A model generated the notes under the pieces. It saw only the letters and a program-made list of their open reading frames with translations. It had not been told where the DNA came from and made no database searches. The translations under genes were made by a program, and so were the position numbers. DNA of 64,000 bases from Eledone cirrhosa (taxonomy: Eukaryota), in assembly GCA_964016885.1 (NCBI GenBank), contig OZ024742.1, positions 81,282,001 through 81,346,000 on the forward strand, written 5' to 3'. This document shows positions 47,504-60,200 of the stretch, one piece after another (positions within the stretch are counted from its first letter, which is position 1; each line of letters begins with the position of its first letter).

Positions 47504-48847
47504 AGGTTAATAGGAGTTAGGTATTGTATACCCGTGTCCCATTAAGATATTAGCAGCATAATAATTAGCTCTATGCTTTGGAGCAGAGCCCTATATATGA
47601 TAAAGAACACAAGAACGTCTACAACATCAAAATATTTTTTATTGGCTTACAACGTTTCTTTTTTACGTAACCGTAGAATTCGTCAGAGCTATAAAAGGGG
47701 TTTCATTGATGTTATGGACTCTACCAACCAAACATTCAAGAACAAAGAGTAAACAGAGTAAAGTGCAAAAGTAGGGGACGATAAGTCTAATGTTGGTGCG
47801 GGAGGGTGGGGTGTGGGTCCTTGTTTACTAGCTGCGGTCATATTCATTCCCGGGAGTCGACTGGTTAGCTGAACCATAGATGGGGTGGCGTCGGTAGTAG
47901 GGTGCAGAGGGTGTGCAGAGGCTACACACACACAAAGGGCAATATATATATAACGGAGGAGAAAGTACATGAGGTAATTAGAAATGGAAAAAGAGTAATA
48001 ATAATAATCTATAATTAATAATGTATAATAAGGCATGGGGAAGATTACACTATAATAAGGTATAAAAGTAAGAATAAGGTAAAATATAAAGGAGGATAAA
48101 AGTGAAAATAAGAATAAAGATAACAAATATATATATAAAAAAAATATATTGAGAATATATAAAGAAATATTTTCAAGTATTTGAAGGGGAAAACACAATG
48201 TAAAAAAACCGATTTTTTCAAATAATTTGAAAAATAGGTTTTTTTACATTGTATTTTCCCCTTCAAATACTTGCTTATATTTCTTTATAAATTCTCTGTA
48301 TATTTTATTTATATATATATTTTTTATCTTTATCCTTATTTTCACTTTTATGCTCCTTTATATTTTACCTTATTCTTACTTTTATACCTTATTATAGTGT
48401 AATCTTCCCCATGCCTTATTATACATTATTAATTATAGATTATTATTATTACTCTTTTTCCATTTCTAATTACCTCATATACTTACCGTTATATATATAT
48501 ATTGTATGCCCTTTGTATGTGTAGCCTCTGCGCACCCTCTGCACCCTACTATCGACGCCACCCCATCTATGGTTCAGCTAACCACTCGACTCCCGGGAAT
48601 GAATATGACCGCAGCTAGTAAACAAGGACCCACACCCCACCCACCCCCCGCACCAAAATAAGACTTATCGTCCCCTACTTTTGCTCTTTACTCTCTTTAC
48701 TCTTTGTTCTTGAATGTTTGGATGGTAGAGTCCATAACACCAATCAAACCCCTTTTATAGCTCTGTCGAATCCTACGGTTACGTAAGGAAGAAACATTGT
48801 AAGCCAATAAAAAATCTTTTGATGTTGTAGACGCTCTTGTGTTCTTT

Positions 48848-48854
<7 letters not shown>
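47504..48854 (-). mobile_element. 1.26-kb spacer-less fold-back of a PLE 3' UTR/pLTR
   Basis: Arms 47596-48223 and 48225-48854 around a single central A; HHR CTGACGA..TACG gtta CGTA..GAAAC gtt GTA| AGC at 47645-47690; unpaired tail 47504-47592. Confidence 0.85.
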
Positions 48855-48874
<20 letters not shown>

Positions 48875-48882
<8 letters not shown>

Positions 48883-50349
48883 TAAAATAACAGATTAAAG
48901 TTTAAGCAAAGAATCGCTGCTTAACGGGTTCTTCTGAAACGAACAAAGTCAATCTGTAAACGCAGAAGTGGATATTTCAAAAAACGTTGCAACCGGAGGA
49001 AGACAGGAAGAAGATACTTTGGTTCGGGGAAACGTTCGCTGGCAAAGAACGGGAAAAAACGAATATAATACGTCATTAATAGGAGCGGTGAAAAACAATT
49101 ACGTGCAAAGACAGAATCATCTTTATGGTATAAGAGAGGTCGTAGACTAATGTTCTCTCAGGTAGTTCATAGAGACGTTAGCATAAATTTCACAAAGCTT
49201 TCCTTATTACAGCCTGTATTACAGCCCCATGTTATACCCTAACGGATAGTACGATCTATACGTGGATATTTTACGTCTTGATGTGGGAGCTAAGTATATG
49301 TTTTGTTTATACCATCACTTATTTGCATAGGTAAGTATATATTACCCGTATGTTTTGTGAAGTTACGTATACCTTCTCGTACGTATATTTGATTGTTTAT
49401 GTTATGGCGTATAATTTTATATATTCTGGTACATATGGTTTGGCTATGTGTATACGGGAGTTTTGCGTCTGTGTGAGTTTGCTGGTTCGTACGTATGTGG
49501 GTGTGTGTATATGTGTACCTCATGTTTTGGTTGACTTACGCCTCCGAACATTCGTGTATTTACATGTAGGTATGTGTGTGCGCTTCTTATATACGTATTT
49601 ATTTATTTATTTATATACGTTTATATAATTATTTATTTATTTGTATACACACATACACACACACATATTTATATGTGCGTGGTTTTGTATACATATGTTA
49701 AGTGTTTTGCGTAAGCTTGTGTATGTACGTATTTGTTTGCGTGTATGTATTTATTTATTTCTATTACTTCTGTATTGTATTTATTTACTTTGTTCTTAAC
49801 TCTGTAGCGGAGATTCATTCGGTATCCTAGTTTGAATTTTAGTTTACGACTTCTGCTATACCATTTACGTGGTTTTGTCTTTGCGTGCTATTGTTCTCCC
49901 CGCTCCACATATGACGTATTATCCTCGTTTTTTTCGTTCATTGCTAGAGAACGTCTCTATGAACCACCAAAGAGAACATTAGTCTATGACCTCTCTTATA
50001 CCATAAACGTGGTTCTGTCTTTGCGCGTAATTGTTTTTCACCGCTCCTATTAATGACGTATTATATTCGTTTTTTCCCGTTCTTTTCCAGCGAACGTTTC
50101 CACGAACCAAAGTATCGCCTTCCTGTCTTCCTCCAGTTGCAACGTGTTTTGAAATATTCACTTCTGCGTTTACAGATTGACTTTGTTAGTTTCAGAAGAT
50201 CCCGTTAAGGGTGAAAGCAGCGATTCTTTGCTTAAACTTTAATCTGTTATTTTAATAAATATTTGCTCTACGGTTCTTATAGATTTGATATATATTTATC
50301 CTTATCGAGCCCTCTTTGTATTTTAGTCTTCAAATTTATTATTATTACT
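48875..50349 (+). mobile_element. Fold-back PLE-like 3' end (arms 48875-49178 and 49950-50262, tail to 50349)
   Basis: Arms are reverse complements; HHR-like CAGAAGA TCCC gttaa GGGT GAAA; (TA)n flanks. Confidence 0.75.
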
Positions 50350-50372
50350 ATATATATATATATACATATACA

Positions 50373-50453
<81 letters not shown>

Positions 50454-50518
50454 GTAAGTATATATATATATGTATGTAAGTGTGTATGTACGTATATATG
50501 TGTATGTGTGCGTATGCA

Positions 50519-50575
<57 letters not shown>

Positions 50576-51971
50576 ATACGTATATGTATGTGTGCATGTG
50601 TGTGTATATGTTTATGTGCGTGTACGAATATACATATTATATATTATGAATGTGTATGTATGTATGTCTATATATATATATATATAACGAAGGAAATGTG
50701 GTAAGGAACCAGGTGGACCATAACGCACCAAAGTACTCAATACTTGAGGTAGTAGAGTGGGTAATAGGAACCAGTAAGACCCCGACAGCTGAGCTCAAGC
50801 CGTTTCGACGGCTAATTCTGGACTAAATGAACATTTATCCCGGTATTTAAATAGCCGATCTTCTCAAGGGGTAATTCCATATATGGTCAAAGTGATTGTC
50901 AAAAATCAGTAGTAATTCTGTGGTTGCAAATTAGTAGGGGAGATGGTGGCTAAACCTGCCAGTAGGAGAAAGAGGGGAGGGGGTGGAGTAGACCCAATCA
51001 AGCGTTGGTAGTGCCAGCTACAGCTGGGCATGAGGTCAAAGAAGATACAGGGGAGGGGGAGGGGGAGGAAGTCGGAACGGTAGGTAGAACAATGGGGGGT
51101 AAAAATAGGAAAGAAAAAATACTGAGAGTGAAGAAAAGCAAATAAGTGTAAAGAAAAAATTAAATTCTACGACCTAGGTGTCAGGCTATTGTTAGGCGAG
51201 AATAAAATAAAGAAAGAAAGAAAGAAGTAAATAAATAAATAAATAAATAAATAAGGAAATAAGTAAAAGAACTAGGTGGGACGAATTAGGCAAGGACCCT
51301 TTTAAGAGGTATAAGTACGTAAATGATACGGTGACTGGTCAACAAAAGGGGCCAAAATACTAAAGAGACTACCACGAAATAAACAATAAAGGTTTCCATC
51401 CCGGGCCAGCAACGACCCAGTGCAGCAAAGTGAACTTGTACGACATAATAATTCTGAGTCCCGGGAAAAATATATACTAATGCTAACTCTAAAAGATCTA
51501 AAACAAGCTACATGAAAGTTCGTACGAAATAAAGGTAGAATACGGAGAAATAAGTTCAGAATCCACCCCGCCCAGAAGAAAAGCGAAGCAAGAAATACTG
51601 AAACGAAAAAATAAGGCATAAGTGCCACTAAGAAATATAGAGGGCACAGAGAATAGTGGGAGCGGTCGGAAAAGGGGGGCAAGTATCCGGGGTCTAAGCC
51701 AACTGCTATAAAGGGCGGAGTCCGCCAAATCTATCAAAGACTAGGGGAGGGGGGGAGTGGGGGTACTAAGGCTACATGGGGCCAAAGGGCAGCCTCGGGT
51801 GGGCGAGAAAAGACGCCGACAAAGGAGAAGAGCTGGGGTAGAAGGACAAAGGAGAGAGGGGGGAAGGAAATAAAGGATGCGATAAAAGAATACAAAGAAG
51901 ATCTTACGTCTTCCTTGGCAAGCAGGGGTTACCCATTGCAAAATCGGCAACTGGGGTGTTATAGCCCTAGT

Positions 51972-53069
51972 CTACCCCCCCGGGTCATTATGGGGTTTGA
52001 GGGCGAGGTAAGTCCTACGCAATCTATGTTTACATGCAGTAACCAGTTCATCTTTCTTGTTTAGGAGTTGGTCCGTCGAAAACAGCATTTGTAAAGTTTC
52101 CTCCGAGCATAAATTGCACGGACGGCGTCCTCCCGTGTAAGAATTGGCTCTGGACAGTAATCTCCAAGTGAGATCATAGGTGATGTTGTTGTCCTTGAGG
52201 TCCCATATGTGGCCCGAAAGTGTAGTGGCGTGACGCCGGGCCGGGTTTCGGAAGGTATGTCTATGTTGGTATAGCCGGGTCTTGAAGTCACATGCGGTAA
52301 GTCCTATATAGGCTTTGTTGGAGGTATCCGTCCTCACGTTGCACTGGTAGATCACATTACGGTCTCTGCATCTATTGTCGAGTGGGCAAATAGATCTATC
52401 CGGGCAGTTACACCTCCTGGTCGGTTCTCCACTGCTATTTAGGTTATTTCTGCCATCGGGGTTGAGTTTTTTGTTGTTAGAGGAGACGATGTTTTGTGCG
52501 AAGTTTGGTGTAGTGCTGTAAGAGAGTTTGATGGTATTTTTGTTAATTATGTTGTGGTAGCGGTGTTGTAATGGGAAGTGTTTTTCAATGAGCCTAAAGA
52601 ATAGTTTCCCGATGGGAGTAGTCACCTCTGCGTTGTGGGGAGGATTGAACCATGTTACATTGCGTGAGCGGCGGTGTCTCCTGCTGGTTCCGCTAATGGG
52701 ATCTGGACAGTAGGATATTTCCTCCCGGAAACCACTCCGCTTGAGGGCCTGGTTGTAATAAGGCGCATGTTCATCGAATATCCGCTCATTAGCTGACAAA
52801 CGGGATATGCGGAGGGAGATGTTTTTGACCAGGTTGTTTGTGATGTTCCTAGGATGGTTTGATCGGCGGTGGATGTAGTGCAGATTGTCATTAGGTTTCC
52901 TGTATGGGTAGTACAGGTCGTTTTCGAGGTCGAGGGTTACGTCCAGGAAGTTTACTCGGGTCAGGGACGTTTGTAGGGTTATTTTAAATCCCCAGTCGCG
53001 GAAGAATCTGATTAATTGTTTCCGGACCCGATCTGTACTACTGGGGTTGTACCCTTTAAGGGTAAGGCC
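51972..53069 (-). CDS. PLE RT thumb + GIY-YIG endonuclease (uninterrupted, 5'-truncated just after the catalytic DD)
   Basis: GLTLKG..VNFLDVTLDL..PYRKPN..SNHP..NVTWFNPP..CNC..CPL..NVIYQC..AYIGLT..FKTR..H..CNLC.EE..LLNK. Confidence 0.88.
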   Translation of the reverse strand, partial: GLTLKGYNPSSTDRVRKQLIRFFRDWGFKITLQTSLTRVNFLDVTLDLENDLYYPYRKPNDNLHYIHRRSNHPRNITNNLVKNISLRISRLSANERIFDEHAPYYNQALKRSGFREEISYCPDPISGTSRRHRRSRNVTWFNPPHNAEVTTPIGKLFFRLIEKHFPLQHRYHNIINKNTIKLSYSTTPNFAQNIVSSNNKKLNPDGRNNLNSSGEPTRRCNCPDRSICPLDNRCRDRNVIYQCNVRTDTSNKAYIGLTACDFKTRLYQHRHTFRNPARRHATTLSGHIWDLKDNNITYDLTWRLLSRANSYTGGRRPCNLCSEETLQMLFSTDQLLNKKDELVTACKHRLRRTYLALKPHNDPGG

Positions 53070-53975
53070 CCATGTAGCCTTAGTACCCCCACTCCCCCCT
53101 CCCCTAGTCTTTGATAGATTTGGCGGACTCCGCCCTTTATAGCAGTTGGCTTAGACCCCGGATACTTGCCCCCCTTTTCCGACCGCTCCCACTATTCTCT
53201 GTGCCCTCTATATTTCTTAGTGGCACTTATGCCTTATTTTTTCGTTTCAGTATTTCTTGCTTCGCTTTTCTTCTGGGCGGGGTGGATTCTGAACTTATTT
53301 CTCCGTATTCTACCTTTATTTCGTACGAACTTTCATGTAGCTTGTTTTAGATCTTTTAGAGTTAGCATTAGTATATATTTTTCCCGGGACTCAGAATTAT
53401 TATGTCGTACAAGTTCACTTTGCTGCACTGGGTCGTTGCTGGCCCGGGATGGAAACCTTTATTGTTTATTTCGTGGTAGTCTCTTTAGTATTTTGGCCCC
53501 TTTTGTTGACCAGTCACCGTATCATTTACGTACTTATACCTCTTAAAAGGGTCCTTGCCTAATTCGTCCCACCTAGTTCTTTTACTTATTTCCTTATTTA
53601 TTTATTTATTTATTTATTTACTTCTTTCTTTCTTTCTTTATTTTATTCTCGCCTAACAATAGCCTGACACCTAGGTCGTAGAATTTAATTTTTTCTTTAC
53701 ACTTATTTGCTTTTCTTCACTCTCAGTATTTTTTCTTTCCTATTTTTACCCCCCATTGTTCTACCTACCGTTCCGACTTCCTCCCCCTCCCCCTCCCCTG
53801 TATCTTCTTTGACCTCATGCCCAGCTGTAGCTGGCACTACCAACGCTTGATTGGGTCTACTCCACCCCCTCCCCTCTTTCTCCTACTGGCAGGTTTAGCC
53901 ACCATCTCCCCTACTAATTTGCAACCACAGAATTACTACTGATTTTTGACAATCACTTTGACCATATATGGAATT

Positions 53976-54069
53976 ACCCCTTGAGAAGATCGGCTATTTA
54001 AATACCAGGATAAATGTTCATTTAGTCCAGAATTAGCCGTCGAAACGGCTTGAGCTCAGCTGTCGGGGT
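53976..54069 (+). ncRNA. Type I hammerhead, U3-A8 core variant, long stem II (mirror copy at 50779-50872, minus strand)
   Basis: ACCCC TTGAGAA GA t CGGCTA..TAGCCG TC GAAA CGGCT tgagctc AGCTG TC| GGGGT. Confidence 0.75.
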
Positions 54070-54104
54070 CTTACTGGTTCCTATATATATATATATATAT
54101 ATAG

Positions 54105-54244
54105 ACGAGGCGTGTCGGAAAAGTTTCAGGACTGATGTCACAAAAGATTTATTTCGAATCCAAACTTCACACTAAGAGTTTTACTCCCTGAAAGTTAACC
54201 CCCTGTAGTCTAATGCAGTTGTCCATCCTTTTCTTTCACGCAAG
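54105..54244 (-). mobile_element. Mariner-like transposon 3' end
   Basis: TIR-like ACGAGGCGTGTCGGAAAAGTT next to TA; minus strand encodes RMDNCIRLQGVNFQ, resembling the mariner C-terminal W.KCI...G.YFE. Confidence 0.55.
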
Positions 54245-55335
54245 TCAGAGGGGAGAAAGTGAGAGAGGAGGAGTAGCAGAGAGTGATTGAGTGAAAGTGT
54301 GAGGAAGGGGACAGCAGAGGGTGTGTGACCAGCCGCGGGGGCGGAAGAAAGCAAGAGGTAAAGGAGAGACAGAAAAGGGTGACAGAAAAATACGAACCAC
54401 AGCGAAGGGAAAAAAATATATGTGAATGAAAAATGGCCCCTTCCTCACACTTTCACTCACTCACTCTCTGTACTCCTCCCCTCTCAGTTCCTCCCGTCTG
54501 ACCTGCGTGAAATTCTTTCCTCTATCACTTTCTGCGTGGCTCGGACGTGTCTGTCTCTTCTCGTTATTTGATTTGTCAGACTTAAGCCCACAAGATTTAT
54601 TGACATTTCTCTCTTGTCCTCTCTTTACGTTGCATTACTACCATGTTGTTTGTTTACTTTCCTGTGTCCCGATAACTTAATTTAGTTATCGCTCGCACTG
54701 ATTTTTAGGTATCTATTCTTTAATGCGAAGAAATACCAATGATATTCAGCAGGCTACTGATTATGGACATTCCTGTTTCTCGGTCTATTTTCATTCATAT
54801 GATCATATTCGCAACAACGTGGCACGCCATTTTTCATTCACATATATTTTTTCCCTTCACTCTGGTTCATATTTTTTCTGTCACTTTACTGTTATCCTCT
54901 TTCTATCTCCCCCTTCTCTCCCCTTTACCTCTTGCTTTCTTCCACCTCCACTGCTGGTCACACACACTCGGCTGGCCCCTTCCTCACACTTTCACTCACT
55001 CGTTATCTGCTACTCTTCCTCTCTGAATTCCTCCAGTCTGAACTGCGTGAAATTCTTTCCTCTCTCACTTTTCGCGTGGCTCTGACGTGTCTGTCTCTTC
55101 TCATTTCATTTGTCGGATTTAAGCCCACAGGATTCATTGACTTGTTTCTCTTTTCCTCTCTTTACCTTGCAATACTATCATGTTGTTTGTTTACTTTCCT
55201 GTGTCCCGATAATTTAATTTAGTTATCGCTCGCACTGATTTAAGGTGTCTAGTCTTTAATGCGAAGAAATACCAATGCTAATCAGCAGGCTACTGATGAC
55301 GGACATTCTTGTTTCTCGGTCTATTATCATTTATA
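54245..55335 (+). repeat. Tandem (~538-bp period) plus inverted non-coding unit
   Basis: 54436-54800 repeats at 54974-55335; 54245-54436 is the inverse of ~54825-55025. Confidence 0.75.
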
Positions 55336-55348
55336 TATATATATATGA

Positions 55349-55556
55349 AAGTTATCGCCGTATTTTGACTAAAGAAATTAAATAAATTATTTAGCCTGAT
55401 AGTGGGGTTAAGAACCCTCAGAGAAATGGGAAAAGATCAGTATTGACGTACATGTACGTCAATACTGATCTTTTCCCATTTCTCTGAGGGTTCTTAACCC
55501 CACTATCAGGCTAAATAATTTATTTAATTTCTTTAGTCAAAATACGGCGATAACTT
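55349..55556. repeat. 208-bp perfect palindrome, no spacer
   Basis: Centre between 55452 and 55453 (GACGTACA|TGTACGTC); arms identical by eye; unpaired tail 55557-55606, then (TA)n. Confidence 0.92.
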
Positions 55557-55602
55557 ACATTTCTAATAATTTCAAACCCACTCGCTGTTTCGAAAATATT
55601 CT

Positions 55603-55643
<41 letters not shown>

Positions 55644-55734
55644 CTAAAGATTAATATGGTTCGTTGATTACTCAACGCATACAATATTACAATAGATTAG
55701 AAGCATTCAACAGTTGATTTTCCAGGAGTTTTTA

Positions 55735-55830
55735 ATATTATTCAAAATATTAACAAATGAAAACTATTCTCATAATATATATTTTGATTATGAGAAGATT
55801 TTTCATTTGTTAACATTTTGAATAATATAT
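55735..55830. repeat. Short imperfect palindrome
   Basis: ATATTATTCAAAATATTAACAAATGAAAA... versus ...TTTTCATTTGTTAACATTTTGAATAATAT. Confidence 0.7.
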
Positions 55831-57002
55831 ATGTATATATATTTTTGTACATATTTATATATTTATATGTGCCTGCTTATGTGTGTGAACGTGTGAGTGT
55901 ATGTATGTGCGTGCGTGTGTGAATGTGCTTGCCGAAACCCTGAATATAGCTTAAGAGATATTTAAAAACAAGGATTGGTATTCCAATTTGAACCTGTTTA
56001 CAGTATTCTTTCTGCCTTTGTCCCTCTTAATATAAATTATAGCTTTAAAGAATTAGCTTTTCATGAATTCCCTTTTCTTTAAACCCATCAATCAATGACC
56101 TCCACCCATCCCAATCCACGCCCTCTCCTACCACCACAAAACTTATAAATTCCACCGCATTTACTTGGTCAGTTAGCTTCCTGATGATTTCTCACGAATA
56201 AAACTGTTCTAGTCCTGTAAAAGCTTTTCTATATTAAAACATTTATACACTGCTATATATTGAGTACCTTACTTTCTGTGGTTACCTCCGATTGAACCCG
56301 GAATAACTTATATATAAACATTTATATATACATATATATATATATATCAATGTAATATATATTATATAGAGAGAATAAACGAGAATATAAATAATGTCAA
56401 CCTATGCTATGACAGCACCAATTACCAGAGTGTAATGTTCGACAATGCTACCCATAGCTGCGAACTACTATACAGATGTTGAACAGCGTTAGGTAAATAA
56501 AAAAAATATTAAATACTAAGATAGTAGAAAAATATATGTATTCTCGTAAAAGCCTTGATTAACAGATTGTAGACATTTAAGCTAAAAACCCTGCACTGAT
56601 AGGATATGACTAGTTTGCAGATAAAGTTTACAAATTAACTGTAAAACTGTGAAGGTACCATATATCGCGAGATGCTCGGAAGAATAGTCTAAGAACAGGA
56701 AGACAACATAAATAGATGCTATGGCACGTAGAACAGATGAAATCTCATCAGTACTCCACTCATATACCAAATGGTCTGACTTGAGAACATCGAGATAGAA
56801 ATTATATCTACTGACAGAACAGTCGCAATACTCCGACTGATAAAAGAAGTTAACCACAATAATGACCTTCGACCAAATTTAAATAGAATAGATGAATTGA
56901 ATAGTAACATCACAGCATTATGAATAAAGACAATATAAAACACACAAAAACAAAACTATTGAGATAAATAGACCCCCGCCCAGCACCACACACACACACA
57001 CG

Positions 57003-57042
<40 letters not shown>

Positions 57043-57190
57043 AACGAGGATGAGCGGTTACTCATTCACTAATATTTTCGGTGGATGACACGCGTTTCGC
57101 TACTGATCAGCTCAAGGTTCGATTTGTATCGTTATAGCCCGACTCTGTAATCAATGTCTTGTCGGACTACTTTGGTAGTAATGACATAAT

Positions 57191-57230
<40 letters not shown>

Positions 57231-57247
57231 ATATATATATATATATA

Positions 57248-58390
57248 CTAGCCGAATAACCGACGCTCTTTTGTAAGAAAATGATGATTGATTTTAAATC
57301 AGTGATATAATTTATGTAGAAAAACTATGCATTTCAGTATTACTCAATGTAAAAGGTAATGAATGAAAAATTGGAAAACATTATTCTTTTGTAATATATA
57401 AAATTTGGCAGTATCGGTAGAGGGTCGGATGCCATTTGCCGGCCTTGTGCCAAAAGTAGAAACAATTATATTTTGTAATATATTAAATCAAAATTACATT
57501 ATTAAATCTTATTCTTATTTTGTTTTTTGTAAATAATTTTTTTCAAATTATCAATTCAAAACTTGATCATTTCATTTTTGTGTAACGCATTATTTTCAAA
57601 TTAGCAATTCAATGTTTAATTATTAATGTGTTAACATAAAAAATACATGAAAATATATTTCATACTTTGTCCTAATGAAGAACTTTCGGGTAAACCACAT
57701 TTCTTGTCTTCTTAGATTGGTTAAAATGTCCCAGTCTTAAAAGTTCCAGTCCTTGCAACAGCCACATAAAACATGCCATGACTGAAACATGGATTTGTCA
57801 GATGGATACCAATAGATTTGAAAGTTCGACTTTGACTCTTATTGATGCTCATGGCAAAGTATTGTCTCACTGGGAACTGTAGCCTCCTAAATGTAAAAGG
57901 CAACTCGCTATTACTTGGTATAAGTGGAATCCTCGGAATGAGAAGTGTTTGGTCTCTGCAAGCCCCGAATATAATGGTTGCTAAAATCAAGTTCTCATGC
58001 ATTCTTGTTACAACACATCTTGTTCCATTTATTGGCCAGACTTTTCACTATAGGGGGTTTAACCCCCATTAGGGTGTCCTAATATTATTGAAATTTGCTA
58101 AAATTTTGTGAATCTTGTCAATTATCTATGGTTTTAATTTCATATAAATCGAAGGGAAAATATTTTCAGTTGGGGTTTGTGCCGCCGGGGAACCCTTTGG
58201 ATAAAATTAAATATACTTACCCGAGTACCCTGGCCAATGTAGTTTCAGAATATATATAGTTATGTGGGTCTATCTCAAACACCATAGTTGGAGTCCGTCA
58301 ACAAACCAAAAAACGGACAGGAACCACACACACACAGAGGCACATACACACACACACACCCACATACACCCACTCACACACACACACACA
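57248..58390 (-). mobile_element. Internally deleted Helitron retaining the Pif1-like helicase C-terminus
   Basis: IPRIPLIP..PFTFRRLQFPVR..FAMSINKSQ..FSHGMFYVAVAR (57721-58002); CTAG|T end at 57248; contains a deleted SINE at 57405-57469; 5' limit approximate. Confidence 0.8.
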
Positions 58391-58771
58391 CATGCTTACG
58401 CACGTGCTCAAGTATAGCTCTTTTACAAAACGTTTTTTTTTTTTTTCCATATTAGGTAGACGCGCTCCATAATCCACTTTTCTAAAAAAACAAATCATAA
58501 ACAAAACGCCAGCACCAACAGTTTTGCAAGAGATATCAATATGAATGGAGCAGTTATTTTTATCTAAACAATTTGTCTCCAATTCCATCCCGCCCGTCCC
58601 CTCAATCTAATTTAGTTCTCATTATTTCTTGCGATGAAGGACTCGTCTCTGAAACGTTAAGACCCTCTTCCTGTTATATCAAGCGCTAACCTAATATATA
58701 CCTTCCATATACTGTACTGATTGTGTTGTTATTTCTGTTTACCGTTTACATACATATATATATATATATGT

Positions 58772-58922
58772 GGAGGCGCGTGGCTGAGTGGTTAGAGAAT
58801 TGGATTCACAATCGTTGCTCCTTCTACCTGGAGTAGCGACCAATAGATAGTATTAACAATTGGAAAGACCAATGGAGACTTTGTTTCCTCGGTCCGATTT
58901 GACGAAAGTCGATCGACTGTCG
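58772..58922 (+). mobile_element. Second tRNA-derived SINE-like fragment
   Basis: GGAGGCGCGTGGCTGAGTGGTTAGAG A-box head; no clear B box. Confidence 0.4.
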
Positions 58923-58967
<45 letters not shown>

Positions 58968-58984
58968 TACATATATATATATAA

Positions 58985-59015
<31 letters not shown>

Positions 59016-59539
59016 GGGGGGGGGGTTATGTATATATATGTATGTATGTATATAATACAAAAACGAGGATAACATTGAATTAACGAAAGCCAAGAAGGAA
59101 AGTGAAGAGAGAAAAACAAACAGTTAAATAAATAAATAAATAAACACAAACACACACATATATGTAACGCATGCACAGTCCAGGTAAACAACTTACAAAT
59201 AGAAACTGGTGTGAAACAGAACAAAGACGATAAACAAAGCAACAAAACTAGGTAATATGAGACCTTGCTATAAACAACTAAACAACCATCCGGTTATCAA
59301 ACTAACCGATGGGAGACAATAAAAGAGTGAACTACGGTTAAGATGGGAATCCATTCATGTTCGAAAGCCGATGAGACTTATTCATCCATGTATTTATATC
59401 TAATTACAAGAATATATCCTCATTTTTAGAAACTCACTGCTTAAATGAAAAAGAAATATATTCTAGTAGTCACGTCTACATTCATATGGAGATAAATTAC
59501 CAGCGATCCATAGATTTAAGCTGCTTAAATGTATTGTCA

Positions 59540-60200
59540 GTTCAACTTATTTAAGACTTATTAGTAGTGGGTGTATCAACGTTACATTGATAAACTATAC
59601 TCTTTGATAGGCTTTTCCTGTCTAGAAGGCAATAGATTCTATTGACACAATTGTAGCTAGAACTAACTTCAGAATTGATTATTTTACTACGGCTAGTTAA
59701 ATTGAGCTAGGTTAAATGCATTGATGTAGTGTATGAGTTTGGTAGTCGTGCAATATGATATTTTAACTGTGTTTATATTAAAAATCGTGTGATATTCATG
59801 TGTTAAGGGGAAAGTATTCCTAATTAAAGTAAGGCAAGCTTCACCTATTGGTTTGGTCACTTCCATTTTATATAGGGGATTATACCATATAATGAGCAAA
59901 GAGCTGTTTGCTTGTACTTATTGATTTTCTATCTCATCTAAAATCCGCACCGAACTAGAATTTCTTGGTAATATGTAAAATAATCGACGAAGATAGTTTC
60001 GTTAGCTGACACATTTTGAAACCCCCGAGAGCCATTATTGACCAGATATTAATTATGCTGAATGTATGGTTATCAATTCTTACTAATGTAATTTAACGTG
60101 TCATTACATTACGCTAACTATACGGGTAGTATAGGCCGTTCCACATGTTGGTGTCACATCGAGGAAATTCACCACACATTTATTGGCGTAAACGTGAATC
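59540..60200 (-). mobile_element. Old Hydra-type PLE fragment
   Basis: IIWYNP..PIG..LI...FP..H.YH.IFN.NTVKISY matches the linker of 51972-53069; VVNFLDVT near 60155-60178. Confidence 0.7.

Larger units (their letters stand above)
50686..54084 (-). mobile_element. Young Hydra-type PLE, 5'-truncated, with a 1.02-kb near-identical inverted arm (53066-54084)
   Basis: Arms 50764-51783 and 53066-54084; GGCC microhomology at the junction; (TA)n flanks. Confidence 0.93.

Noticed and set aside
51302-53546. Identical hydrophobic 126-aa and 79-aa ORFs on opposite strands
   Set aside because: They are the two arms of the PLE inverted repeat (T-rich 3' UTR) and start at TTG; there is no independent sign of coding.
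56590-56900. Possible decayed GIY-YIG fragment on the plus strand
   Set aside because: Only faint resemblance (..RPNLNR.DEL); too degenerate to support.
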